Shown: positions 1-9,817 of the stretch, piece after piece
How the letters are laid out: each line of letters opens with the position of its first letter
Position numbering within the stretch: position 1 is the first letter of the stretch
From: Terriglobia bacterium
GTDB taxonomy: Bacteria > Acidobacteriota > Terriglobia > 20CM-2-55-15
Reading direction: 5' to 3'
DNA: 64,000 nucleotides
NCBI GenBank assembly: GCA_965263045.1
Contig: CBDHGK010000041.1
Location: 1,909,514 to 1,973,513, forward strand
Position numbers and translations under genes: made by a program
The notes under the pieces: generated by a model
What the model saw: only the letters and a program-made list of their open reading frames with translations
Told to the model about the DNA's origin: nothing
The model's database searches: none

Positions 1-1
1 G

Positions 2-385
2 GCCTACGTTCAGGGCATGATGGTTCGGGAGAAACCCGCGGCCTGCTTCTACCTGGGATCATTTTTCGCCGAGTCTCTGATTCTTGCCGAAATGGGGAAT
101 TCGATTGGTGCGATTCAGGTGGCGGGCACGGCCCAACCGGCGCAGCTTCCATTTTTCGTTGCGGCGTGCGACTACACCCTGATTGGTGAAGAGTTTTTTG
201 CGGCCTCGGCTTACTTGTCGGGTGAACCCGAGCAGCTGGGAACGCTCAAGGGTCAGGACGTGGGAAAGTTGATCGTCGCCGCCGGCATTATCGCTGGAGT
301 CGCCGGTTCAACGATAGCCGTCCTGACCGGTTCGGCGTTCGTGCAGTCGCTGGTGGATTTTTTCACTCAGACCATGTTGACCTAG
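2..385 (+). CDS. Membrane protein, DUF6754-like C-terminal part (5'-truncated by window edge)
   Basis: Frame open from the window start; motif AESLILAE..GAIQVAGT..QLPFFVAACDYTLIGEEFFAASAYLS and a C-terminal TM helix. Confidence 0.65.
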   Translation, partial: AYVQGMMVREKPAACFYLGSFFAESLILAEMGNSIGAIQVAGTAQPAQLPFFVAACDYTLIGEEFFAASAYLSGEPEQLGTLKGQDVGKLIVAAGIIAGVAGSTIAVLTGSAFVQSLVDFFTQTMLT

Positions 386-394
386 TGGACCGAC

Positions 395-1093
395 ATGAAG
401 CGTTCCATCCCATTGCTGATTACGGCCATAGGCGGCCTCGTCCTGATCGTGGCCTACTTCATCCCCTTCATGCAGGGGCTGGGCGAACGCGTTGCGATCT
501 GGTTCGATCTGCTGGCCGCCATCGCATTCGTGTTGGGCGGTGGCAATCTGATGAAGCTGCATCTCAGAAAGATATCCGACCGCGGCCCCGGTTGGGGCTA
601 CTCGGGAATCGTGCTTGCATCGTTTCTGGCGACGCTTTTCGTGGGCCTGGGCAAGATCGGGGTCTCCCCTTCGGTCCAGTTCCCTGACTTTGCGTGGTCG
701 GGCCAGTACCGCATCGTCGGCAGTCCGTTCTGGTATCTCTATCAGTATGCGTTCCAGCCTCTGACGGCGACGATTTTCGCCTTGTTGGCTTTTTATATCG
801 CCTCGGCCGCTTTCCGCGCGTTTCGCGCGAAGAATCTCGAAGCCAATCTCCTGCTGGGAACGGCATTCATTATCCTTCTTGGCCGGACGTTCGCGGGAGT
901 CGCGCTCACCGACTGGATCGATCCCAACGGGCCGTTCAGTGGCCTCAGGATCGAGAACCTCACCGTGTACATCATGAGCGTATTCAATACGGCGGGGAAC
1001 CGCGCGATTATGATCGGCATCGCGCTGGGGATCGTTTCTACTTCACTGAAGGTCCTGCTGGGTATGGACCGTTCGTATTTGGGCAAGGAATAG
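395..1093 (+). CDS. Uncharacterised polytopic membrane protein
   Basis: 232-aa ORF, about 6 hydrophobic helices, FALLAFYIASAAFRAFR motif; 9 bp after the previous stop. Confidence 0.8.
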   Translation: MKRSIPLLITAIGGLVLIVAYFIPFMQGLGERVAIWFDLLAAIAFVLGGGNLMKLHLRKISDRGPGWGYSGIVLASFLATLFVGLGKIGVSPSVQFPDFAWSGQYRIVGSPFWYLYQYAFQPLTATIFALLAFYIASAAFRAFRAKNLEANLLLGTAFIILLGRTFAGVALTDWIDPNGPFSGLRIENLTVYIMSVFNTAGNRAIMIGIALGIVSTSLKVLLGMDRSYLGKE

Positions 1094-1096
1094 ACG

Positions 1097-2059
1097 ATGG
1101 CGGAATTTCTTATCGATCAATGGTGGCTGGTTCTTGTCGTCCTCGGTTCGATGACGCCGTTGGCGGTGCAATGTGCGAGCGCCGGATTGTTACCGACGTT
1201 GAGATCACTCGATCGCCGCTGGATCTTCCTGCTCATGCTCTGGAGCGTCCTTGTTCCGATTTACTACATTGGCATTACCGGAGAGACCTTTCCTGAAGTT
1301 CCCTCCACCTTGTCGCAGGCGACATTCGACGAAATCGAGGGTCTGGCCGAAGGAGATCGGGTATTACTCGCATTTGACTTTGACCCCACCAGCGAAGGCG
1401 AACTGGGACCGATGGCCACGGCATTCGTGAAGCACGCAGCTGAGAAGCAACTTCAGATGTACTTCATGGCGCTCTGGCCGGTCGGTCCCCAGATGATCGA
1501 CAACACGATCGACAGGGTCATTCGGTCCGACTACCCGGACCTTGTCTATGGAGAGGACTACGTCAATCTTGGATTCAAATCCGGGAACGAGGCCGTCATC
1601 CGGGTGATCGTGACCAATCTCCGCGAACTGTACACCACCGACAGTCTGGGTACCGCCGTCGAGGATATTCCCATGATGGATGGCATTGATAACATCCAGC
1701 AGATGGATCTCGTCATCAGCATCTCCGCCGGATATCCGGGCACGAAGGAATGGGTGCAGTACGCCCAGACCCCTTATCCTGAGCAGGTTCGGATTGTTGC
1801 CGGGGCGACCGGCGTTCAGGCGCCGCTGCTCTATCCCTATATTCCGAGTCAGTTGCCCGGACTGCTGGGAGCGATCAAGGGCGCGGCCGAATACGAGAAG
1901 CTCGTGGTGGACTCCTATGTCGGAGAAAATCCGGACCCGAAATACCTGGAGGGTCTGCGCCGGATGGGGCCCCAGCTGGTGGCGCATCTGTTGATCATTC
2001 TTCTGATTGTCGTTGCCAATCTGTTGTATTTCATCGATCGGCGAGCGGGTGTCCGCTGA
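1097..2059 (+). CDS. Uncharacterised membrane protein with a large soluble alpha/beta domain
   Basis: 320-aa ORF; N- and C-terminal TM helices flank a soluble domain (YGEDYVNLGFKSG, SAGYPGTKEWV); tightly coupled to neighbours. Confidence 0.8.
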   Translation: MAEFLIDQWWLVLVVLGSMTPLAVQCASAGLLPTLRSLDRRWIFLLMLWSVLVPIYYIGITGETFPEVPSTLSQATFDEIEGLAEGDRVLLAFDFDPTSEGELGPMATAFVKHAAEKQLQMYFMALWPVGPQMIDNTIDRVIRSDYPDLVYGEDYVNLGFKSGNEAVIRVIVTNLRELYTTDSLGTAVEDIPMMDGIDNIQQMDLVISISAGYPGTKEWVQYAQTPYPEQVRIVAGATGVQAPLLYPYIPSQLPGLLGAIKGAAEYEKLVVDSYVGENPDPKYLEGLRRMGPQLVAHLLIILLIVVANLLYFIDRRAGVR

Positions 2060-2982
2060 TGAAACGCGAAACCACGATCTGGTTGGCCGTGTTCCTGATC
2101 GGTGCGTTGGCGCTCGGTGGCCGGGCGTTGTTCACAGAGACCGGAATGGGGCGTGAATACGTGCAGGCCGTTCCCATGGCCAACGCTCAATGGACCCAGT
2201 ACGATCCGGCGACGTATGGCGAGTATGCAGCGGCCGTGGCCGCCGATCCGGCGCAGACCGAGTACCTGTTCAGCGTCCCCCGCAGCATCGGCCTGTGGAT
2301 GGCAGCGTTTTTCACGCTCGCGGTGATGTCGTTCATGTACCGGGACAACACCTTCTACAAGATCGCAGAGGCCGTCCTGGTCGGCGTTTCTGCCGCCTAT
2401 TGGATGGTTGTGGGATTCTGGGACGTCCTGGTTCCCAACCTGGCCGGGAAGATTTCGCCGGGCACCGTCCAGGCCTGGGCGATGCCCGGATTGAGCGGCC
2501 CGGAAGCAGTCCAGGACCTGTCTTATTTGGTTCCGCTGGTTCTTGGAATCATGTTGCTCTGGCGTCTTTCACCGAAGGGCGCATGGATTTCTCGCTGGCC
2601 GCTGGCGTTCGTCGTCGGAACGACGGCCGGTTTACGGCTGGTTGCCTTTCTCCATGGTGACTTCCTCGCACAAATCCGAAATACGATTCTGCCCGTTGCT
2701 GTCTTGAACCAGGGGACGTTCGACTTCTGGGGTTCACTGGAAAACCTGCTTCTTGTCGTCAGCGTTCTCTGCTGTCTCGCCTATTTCTTTTTTTCATTCG
2801 AACACAAGGGCGCGCTCGGGGGTGCGGCCACCGTCGGTATCTGGGTTCTGATGATCACCTTCGGAGCGAGCTTCGGGTACACAGTCATGGGTCGCATCGC
2901 CCTAGTCGCAATTCGTTTCGAGTTTCTGCTCGACGACTGGTTGTGGCTCATCGACCCGGTGGGCCGACGTGTCCTTGGATGA
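2059..2982 (+). CDS. Uncharacterised polytopic membrane protein
   Basis: 307-aa ORF, TGATG overlap with the upstream gene; SFMYRDNTFYKIAE and MITFGASFGYTVMGR motifs, many TM helices. Confidence 0.8.
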   Translation: MKRETTIWLAVFLIGALALGGRALFTETGMGREYVQAVPMANAQWTQYDPATYGEYAAAVAADPAQTEYLFSVPRSIGLWMAAFFTLAVMSFMYRDNTFYKIAEAVLVGVSAAYWMVVGFWDVLVPNLAGKISPGTVQAWAMPGLSGPEAVQDLSYLVPLVLGIMLLWRLSPKGAWISRWPLAFVVGTTAGLRLVAFLHGDFLAQIRNTILPVAVLNQGTFDFWGSLENLLLVVSVLCCLAYFFFSFEHKGALGGAATVGIWVLMITFGASFGYTVMGRIALVAIRFEFLLDDWLWLIDPVGRRVLG

Positions 2983-3093
2983 TTCCGGCTCGAATTGCCC
3001 CGGTTTCTTGGTGCCACTATCATTAGTTTGAGGGCAACGAACCTCTTGATATAATTGCCGTCTTGCTGACACCGGATACCCGGGTTTGCCGCG

Positions 3094-4902
3094 ATGGAAG
3101 AAGAAAGCATTGAAGAGCTGCTGAAAACTCCGCCTGAAGCTGCGGTTGTCGAGGAACGACTCCGCACTCCCGTGACTATTCTGTTCAGCGATATCAAGGG
3201 TTCGACGGCCTACTTCGAGCAGAAGGGCGACCTCGAGGGGCTGGCCATGGTCGAACGCCACAACAGCCTGCTGTTTCCATGTGTTGAAAACAGGCGTGGC
3301 CGCGTCGTCAAGACCATCGGAGATGCGATCATGGCTTTATTCAATGACCCCGTCGATGCGGTGAGCGCAGCCGTCGCGATGCAGATGGCCCTCGATGAAG
3401 ACAATACCGACCGTGAAGATTCCGAGCAGGTCCAGGTAAAAATCGGTATCCATACGGGTCTGGGCTTGATTCAGGGAAACGATGTCTTTGGTGACGTGGT
3501 CAACGTAGCGGCCCGGGTGCAGGGTCAAGCGCAGCCCGAACAGATTCTCATCACCGATAGCCTGCTTTCGGCCGTCCATACGGCCGGCTATCAGGTGAGC
3601 AAGCGCGGGCGCGCCAAGATGAAGGGCAAGGACGAGCCGATTGATATCTACGCCGTTGGATGGTTGCCGCGTGTAACCCAGCAACTGATCGACGATCTTG
3701 AGGCGGAGGCTGCAAAACTACGAGAGGAGTTCAGAGATTCGAAGTCCAAGAGGGAAGAAGCCTTTGATCGGTCGCGCGATGAATGGAGAGACGATCGACG
3801 GAGACTGAACGCGGAAATCGAGAGGCTGGAAGAGAAGGTGCAGGAGGCCATGGAGACCGCACGGCAGGAGGCCGACGGTGAATGGCAACAGCAGATTGGC
3901 TTCAAGATCGAAGCCGCAGAGCAGGCGCGACTGCAAGTTGAAGGGAATCTGAAAAGCACCAGGGAACGCTTTGAGGCCGAGCGCGTCGGGTTCAAAGAAC
4001 AGATTGCCGGTCTTGAATTGCGGCTTGTTGAATCCATGGAGCAGGTGAATAACCCTGCAAGGACGGCCAGCCTGGTTCGAGACCAGGTCCAGTCTCGATT
4101 GGCTGAAGCCAAACAGGAATGGCAATCACAGTGGGACGCTGAGCGCAGGCGCCTGATGGAAGCGAAATCGAAGAACGCCGGGCCGGCCGACCCGATGGCC
4201 GAAGCCCGCCGTCAAATGCAGGAGCGGATCAAGGCCAAACAGGAAGGCAGGGAACCGAGCCAGAGAGGACTCGACCTCAAGACGGAGAATGAAGAACTGA
4301 AACGGGAACGCGATGCACTTCAGGCGCGCATGCAGCAGATGGAGAGAATGGCCCAACGGGCCGAGGCAAACCTCCGCACAGAGGTGTATGACGATCTCCG
4401 GCATACCTACGACCAGAAAATGGAACAGGCAAAGCTCGCTCGATCTCAGCTCGGACAGGAAGTGCGGACGCTGACCGAGGAGTTGAACGCGGAAAAACAG
4501 GCTGCGTCGTCGCGAATCCAGCAGCTGGAGGAGGCCGTCCCCGCGGCTGAGGAAGCCGCAAGAGTACAGGCCATCGCGGAAGCCCGATCAGAATTTCAGG
4601 CAAAGTCAGACGAGGCGGTTCGTGTGGCCTCTCGCCTTGAAAGACAGAGTCGAGAGCACGCTGAAGAGTGGCATTTAGAGCGGGCCCGACTTGAAAAACA
4701 GATCGCGGAACTCGAATCGCACGTTAAACAGGCCCGGGAGATGGCATTCAAACGGTCCAGTGACCCGACGATGGAAGAGCTCAATCGTCTGCGACGGCAG
4801 TTGGAAGAGGAATTCAAGGCGAAGGCCGTAGAGTGGGAGACGGAGAGGCGTCGCCTCAGCGAGAGAATCCAGGATCTGGAAAACCCTCCGAACAACGACT
4901 GA
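3094..4902 (+). CDS. Class III adenylate/guanylate cyclase with long C-terminal coiled coil
   Basis: ILFSDIKGST, VVKTIGDAIM, DVFGDVVNVAARV and KGK motifs in the first ~190 aa; remainder E/R/Q/A-rich. Confidence 0.85.
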   Translation: MEEESIEELLKTPPEAAVVEERLRTPVTILFSDIKGSTAYFEQKGDLEGLAMVERHNSLLFPCVENRRGRVVKTIGDAIMALFNDPVDAVSAAVAMQMALDEDNTDREDSEQVQVKIGIHTGLGLIQGNDVFGDVVNVAARVQGQAQPEQILITDSLLSAVHTAGYQVSKRGRAKMKGKDEPIDIYAVGWLPRVTQQLIDDLEAEAAKLREEFRDSKSKREEAFDRSRDEWRDDRRRLNAEIERLEEKVQEAMETARQEADGEWQQQIGFKIEAAEQARLQVEGNLKSTRERFEAERVGFKEQIAGLELRLVESMEQVNNPARTASLVRDQVQSRLAEAKQEWQSQWDAERRRLMEAKSKNAGPADPMAEARRQMQERIKAKQEGREPSQRGLDLKTENEELKRERDALQARMQQMERMAQRAEANLRTEVYDDLRHTYDQKMEQAKLARSQLGQEVRTLTEELNAEKQAASSRIQQLEEAVPAAEEAARVQAIAEARSEFQAKSDEAVRVASRLERQSREHAEEWHLERARLEKQIAELESHVKQAREMAFKRSSDPTMEELNRLRRQLEEEFKAKAVEWETERRRLSERIQDLENPPNND

Positions 4903-5103
4903 CTGGCCTGCATTCGGTATCCCACACAGCATTCAGCTTTCGAGCCCGTGTTTCGGAAGGGACGACTGACCCAGGCCTGGAGTTTCGAAAGCGTCCATAG
5001 TATCGCCCCGGTATTGCCCCTGTTCCCAAGTCCGCATGTGGATAGCAATCCGGATCTGTAGACAGGACCTCGTGGCCGGGCCCCGACGACGCACTCGAAT
5101 CAA

Positions 5104-5131
5104 TTGACAACACCCATTGCTTTGCTAGACT
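5104..5131 (+). promoter_or_regulatory. Putative sigma70 promoter
   Basis: TTGACA-16 nt-TAGACT with TG just upstream of the -10 box, about 100 bp before the ATG at 5235. Confidence 0.55.
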
Positions 5132-5763
5132 GGCTCTGTCTGTGGCTTGATAATCGTCGCTCATTTTCAGTCCCGGGCCACTTTCGAACGTCATTCATCA
5201 GCGTGAATTCTGAAGCCTTTCGAGGGAGCGTGCCATGTCCAATGCCCATCTCCTCAGCCTAACGGGAACATTATGCCTGTTGGTTGTCACGTTGATCAGT
5301 ATGCCGGCCTCCGGTCAAACCACTGATTTTTCAGGGGAATGGGCCGAGCGGAGTCACGAGGACAACTGGAGCCGCCGGGGGGGGCCGTGCCCGTCTCCCC
5401 AGTGTGGGGGACCCGCCCTGGGCGACTACCTTGGATTCGCGCTCACGGACGCGGGTCGGATGAGAGCCGATACCGCCGATGCATCGGAATGGGGACTGCC
5501 CGAATTCCAGTGCAGGCCGCATCCGGTCCCCTACGTCTGGCGGGCGGCGGGAAATCTGCGAATTAATAAGGAAATCGATCCCGTGTCGCGCCAGCTCGTG
5601 GCCTACCACATCAACTGGGTGCGGTCTTTGGACAGGACGATCTACATGGACGGACGCCCGCACCCGCCTGAGTACGCGGCCTACACCTGGGAAGGTTTTT
5701 CGACAGGACGATGGGACGGGAACACCCTGGTCGTGACGACGACCCACCTTAAAGAGGGTTATC

Positions 5764-7204
5764 GAGTCAAGCCCATTCTTAGTTGAAACTCTCCACGGCT
5801 CACGATGGGTCATGCAACCTTCTTCTTCGATCTCGTCGACGTCTTCGCCTCAATTTTCAGCTCTCGCTGGAGGGCTTCGCGGAGCTTTGGAAGATGACGG
5901 TAGCCGATCACCTTCCTCAGGCGCGGTTCGATGTCGATGAGCGCCGTCGCCAACCAGCGTTGCCGCTGACTCGAGTTCTTCCAATGATCGACCTTCGCAC
6001 ACCTTTCCTCGACAAGGGCATTGACCGATTCCAGGCAATTCGTCGTCTTGAACGAACGGCCCAAGACCCCGTACACGCCGAGCCGATGCAACGTGAGGGT
6101 CTCTTCCAGGCCTTCCTCAAGGCTCGCAGCCCCCGATTGGTTTCGCTCCTCGAGCTCTCCATGGAGCTCTCCGAGCGCCGCCCGAGCTTCGTCGTACTCC
6201 GGGCGCTCGTAGGCCCGCTGCAGCCGGCGTCGCCACACGGCTTGCTCGGTCTTCGATAGGTATCTCACGACGTTCTCGCGTTTGTGCCATTGGCAGCGTT
6301 GGACCAGGGCTCGATTCCTGAATGCCTTCTTGACCGCCGCCCGCAGACCTTTGCCGCCGTCGACAATCACCAGCACGCCTTCAGAGATGTCCAGGCCCCG
6401 CTCCATCAACGAACGGAGAAACGGAGTCAGCACTTGCTCGTTCTCCGTGTCGGTCTCCACGAAGCCCAAGAAGCGTTTGTCGCCCGAAAGCGTGACGCCC
6501 AGGGCCACTACCATCAGGGCGTCGGCAAACGCCTTCCCGTCCAGGAAGATCGCCACGACGTCCTCGCCACTCAGATCCCGCTCCTGCATCTCCCGAAGTT
6601 TCGCGGCACTCGCCTGGACGAATCCTCGAGACACCGTCGAACTCGACAGTCCGATCGCTCCCGGAATCGCTTCAGCGGCCGATTCATAGTTCCGGCAGGA
6701 GATCCCATACAGCACACGTCTGAGCAGTAGCTCGTTCACCGCGCCACCCGGACTGAGTTCCTCGTAGGTCCGAAGCGGAATCTCCCCGCCCGCCACGCTG
6801 CGCACTCGAGGCACCCGAACCGGCACCCGCTGGCCACCCAGCCCCACGGTCCCCGGATTGCTCCCGTGTCGCCGGCCCCGCAACGCCGCCTCCTTTCGTG
6901 CGTATCGCTCACCCGCCAACGACTTCACTTCCTCGTCGAGCAACTCCTCCACGTGCATCAACCCCAGTGGGATCAACGCCCGAATCATCTCCACCTTCGA
7001 GTCCAATTCCAGTCCCGAGTATTCCTCCCGGCTCAGGACCTCGACCTCACCCAGCACACGCGACTTCTTGCGTTTCTTTACCGAACGTAACAGACTCCTC
7101 ATCTCGGCTCCTTTCTCTTACAGGCTTGATGTTGTTTCTTCCAATACCATCAAACCATGGGGTTTGGAGCCGTTTCAATTTCCAACTAAGATTGGCACAC
7201 ATTC
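5764..7204 (-). mobile_element. IS256-family insertion sequence, copy 1 (1441 bp)
   Basis: Imperfect terminal inverted repeats (GAGTCAAGCCCATTCTTAGTTGAAA / GAATGTGTGCCAATCTTAGTTGGAAA); 8-bp TSD GGGTTATC at 5756-5763 and 7205-7212. Confidence 0.95.
5810..7102 (-). CDS. IS256-family (mutator-type) DDE transposase
   Basis: 430 aa; IFLDG, VIVDGGKGL, QRCQWHK, TTNCLESVN motifs. Confidence 0.95.
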   Translation of the reverse strand: MRSLLRSVKKRKKSRVLGEVEVLSREEYSGLELDSKVEMIRALIPLGLMHVEELLDEEVKSLAGERYARKEAALRGRRHGSNPGTVGLGGQRVPVRVPRVRSVAGGEIPLRTYEELSPGGAVNELLLRRVLYGISCRNYESAAEAIPGAIGLSSSTVSRGFVQASAAKLREMQERDLSGEDVVAIFLDGKAFADALMVVALGVTLSGDKRFLGFVETDTENEQVLTPFLRSLMERGLDISEGVLVIVDGGKGLRAAVKKAFRNRALVQRCQWHKRENVVRYLSKTEQAVWRRRLQRAYERPEYDEARAALGELHGELEERNQSGAASLEEGLEETLTLHRLGVYGVLGRSFKTTNCLESVNALVEERCAKVDHWKNSSQRQRWLATALIDIEPRLRKVIGYRHLPKLREALQRELKIEAKTSTRSKKKVA

Positions 7205-7604
7205 GGGTTATCTGCGGCGCAACGGTGTCAAATTCACCGACCAGGCCACGGTCACCGAATACCTCACCCGGCATGGTGACATCCTCACGGTCGTTGCGAT
7301 CGTAGAAGATCCCGTCTACCTGGCCGAACCCTGGGTTTTTTCGGTGAGCTTCGTGCAGGATACACACACGGAGTTGATTTACTATCCGTGCACAGTTGTT
7401 GAGGGCATCAATATCTCTACCGAAGTGCCGCACTACCTGCCCGGCGAGAACCCCTTTCTCACCGACTGGACGTCCGAATTCGGTATACCGGAGGAGGCTG
7501 CGAGAGGCTATCGGGAAACCCTGTATCCCGATTACCAGATGAAAATAGATGCAATATCGTCTGACGGCGATGCGAACTGATCGATCAAACTGTTGGAGCA
7601 GGAG

Positions 7605-8741
7605 ATGACACTGAAAGCATTGAAGCCCGGGATGGTTCTGTGGGCCATACTGGCCACCGCCGCTTTCGCCTCGATTGCCGATTCCACAGAGTGGTCTCCT
7701 GCGGGGGAGAACCAGAACGCCAGCCGTTCCGAAATCGGTGTGCTGCCCGTGCGCGGGAACATCTACATGCTGGTGGGGGCGGGCGCCAATATCACTGTTT
7801 CGGTGGGCCGCGATGGGGTGTTGCTGGTCGACACCGGGTCCGGGCAGATGACGGACTCCGTTGTCGAAACGGTTAACCGACTGGTCACCGCTGTCACATC
7901 TGCACCCGTTCCCGCTTCGACCTGTGTGGGGCCGAATTGTTCCGGCGTCTCCAGCGTCTTTGGCTGGTCCGGTCCGGAATTCAATGGGACCACGATTGCA
8001 CGGGCGCCCGCCAAACCCATTCGTTACATCATCAACACCAGCATCGATGCTGAGCACACCGGGGGAAATCAAACCCTTCGCCTGGCCGGCGGGTCGCTGA
8101 CTGGAGGCAACGTTGCCGGAGCGATCTCGGATTCTGGGCAGGGTGCAGCGATTCTGGCCCACGACAACGTGCTCGTGAGGATGAGCGAGCAGGTCTATGA
8201 AGACGGTTCCATATCTGAAGACGCCTTGCCGACCGAGACGTATCTAAGCGACTCCTATAAGCTGAGCCATTTCTTCAACGGCGAGGGCGTGCAGATGTTT
8301 CACCTCCCTGCGGCCAATACAGATGGCGATTCGATGGTCTGGTTCCGCTATTCCGATGTCATCAGCGCAGGGGACGTATTTTCAACGACGAGCTATCCGG
8401 TGATCGACATCGAACGCGGCGGAACCATTCAAGGAGTCGTCAATGGATTGAACCGAATCCTTGATGTGGCCTACGCCGAGTTCAGATCGCAGGGTGGAAC
8501 GATGATTATTCCGGGTCACGGAAGACTCAGTGATGTTGGAGACGTTCCAAACTATCGCAACATGATGGCGATCATTCGCGACCGCATGCTGGACATGATT
8601 CAGAAAGGGATGACATTGGATGAAGTGAAGGCTGCGAAGCCAACCCTCGACTATGATGGGCGCTATGGTTCCACGAGCGGCCCCTGGACCACAGACATGT
8701 TTCTTGAGGCGGTGTACCGGAGCACTCCTCCGAGTCCGTAA
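7605..8741 (+). CDS. Exported metallo-beta-lactamase-fold protein with degenerate metal motif
   Basis: GVLLVDTG, IINTSIDAEHTGGN (HxHxDH altered), AGDVF, IPGHGR; signal peptide; start uncertain. Confidence 0.8.
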   Translation: MTLKALKPGMVLWAILATAAFASIADSTEWSPAGENQNASRSEIGVLPVRGNIYMLVGAGANITVSVGRDGVLLVDTGSGQMTDSVVETVNRLVTAVTSAPVPASTCVGPNCSGVSSVFGWSGPEFNGTTIARAPAKPIRYIINTSIDAEHTGGNQTLRLAGGSLTGGNVAGAISDSGQGAAILAHDNVLVRMSEQVYEDGSISEDALPTETYLSDSYKLSHFFNGEGVQMFHLPAANTDGDSMVWFRYSDVISAGDVFSTTSYPVIDIERGGTIQGVVNGLNRILDVAYAEFRSQGGTMIIPGHGRLSDVGDVPNYRNMMAIIRDRMLDMIQKGMTLDEVKAAKPTLDYDGRYGSTSGPWTTDMFLEAVYRSTPPSP

Positions 8742-8825
8742 ACCCCCGTCGGCGGGTTGCAAATGGATGGGGACGGCATCGCTCAGCTCTGAGAGCATCA
8801 AAAGTTTTCATGGGAGGCGCACAGT

Positions 8826-9221
8826 ATGAGCGTTAGATTAACTCCGATTCTGGTCGCACTGTTTCTGTTCCAGATGACGGCCTACGGCCACCACTCCCTG
8901 GGGGCGACCTACGATCAGCGATCGGAAGTCACACTTGAAGGGACACTCGTCCGGTTTCTGTTCCGTAATCCGCACGCCTTCGTGCACGTTGAGGCCCCAG
9001 ACGCTGATGGTGCGATGCAGCGGTGGGCGGTGGAATGGGGCGGCGCGGCCCAGCTCACGGGCCAAGGCGTGACCCGAAACACGTTCAAGATCGGAGATCA
9101 TGTGATCATCACGGGGAATCCATCCCGCACCATCACGGACCACAGAGTGAAAATGAACACGCTCTACCGGACTGAAGATGGGTTCGGATGGGGCACTCGC
9201 CCGGGTGAAGTCGTCGAATAA
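8826..9221 (+). CDS. DUF6152-like exported protein
   Basis: Signal peptide then HHSL..YD; FRNPHAFVH; WAVEW; GGAGG RBS. Confidence 0.8.
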   Translation: MSVRLTPILVALFLFQMTAYGHHSLGATYDQRSEVTLEGTLVRFLFRNPHAFVHVEAPDADGAMQRWAVEWGGAAQLTGQGVTRNTFKIGDHVIITGNPSRTITDHRVKMNTLYRTEDGFGWGTRPGEVVE

Positions 9222-9817
9222 TCTCGGGGGCAGATCGCGCGTCCAGGGAGTGACGCAATGATCGGAACACGTAACTGGACACCCAATGAACACTAGAAGA
9301 CTGTGGATACGCGTCTCGACATCGGCGGTCCTTGCGGCGTGCCTCGTAACGACCCACGCTTTCGACGTCCAGGCGCAGAACCGTGGGGGTGGCGGCGCCC
9401 GCCCGGGTCCGGGAAGCCGCTTCGATACCGCCGAGGCGGGGGCACCGATCGATCTGGTTGGATCCTGGGTGTCGGTGGTCAGCGAAGACTGGCGCGTCCG
9501 CATGGTGACCCCGCCCCGGGGCTACTACGAATCGGTTCCACTCAATCCGGAAGGCCGCCGGGTCGCCGATTCCTGGGATCCGGAAGAAGATGAAGCCAAC
9601 GGCCAGGCATGCAAAGCCTATGGCGCCGCAGCCATTATGCGGGTGCCCGGTCACCTCCGCATCCGGTGGGAAGATCCGAACACCCTGCGGATGGATACCG
9701 ATGCCGGCATCCAGACACGTCTGTTTCACCTTTCCCCTTCAACGCCTGGTGAACTGTCCTGGCAAGGACATTCCCTTGCGGAATGGGAGTATGCCAACAC
9801 AGCTCCGGGCGATCCGT

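Larger units (their letters stand above)
5235..7580 (+). pseudogene. Secreted DFSGxW-family protein (paralog A) interrupted by IS256 copy 1
   Basis: 5' part 5235-5763 and 3' part 7213-7580 rejoin in frame after removing the IS and one TSD: ...TTHLKEGY|LRRNGVKF...; signal peptide. Confidence 0.85.
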
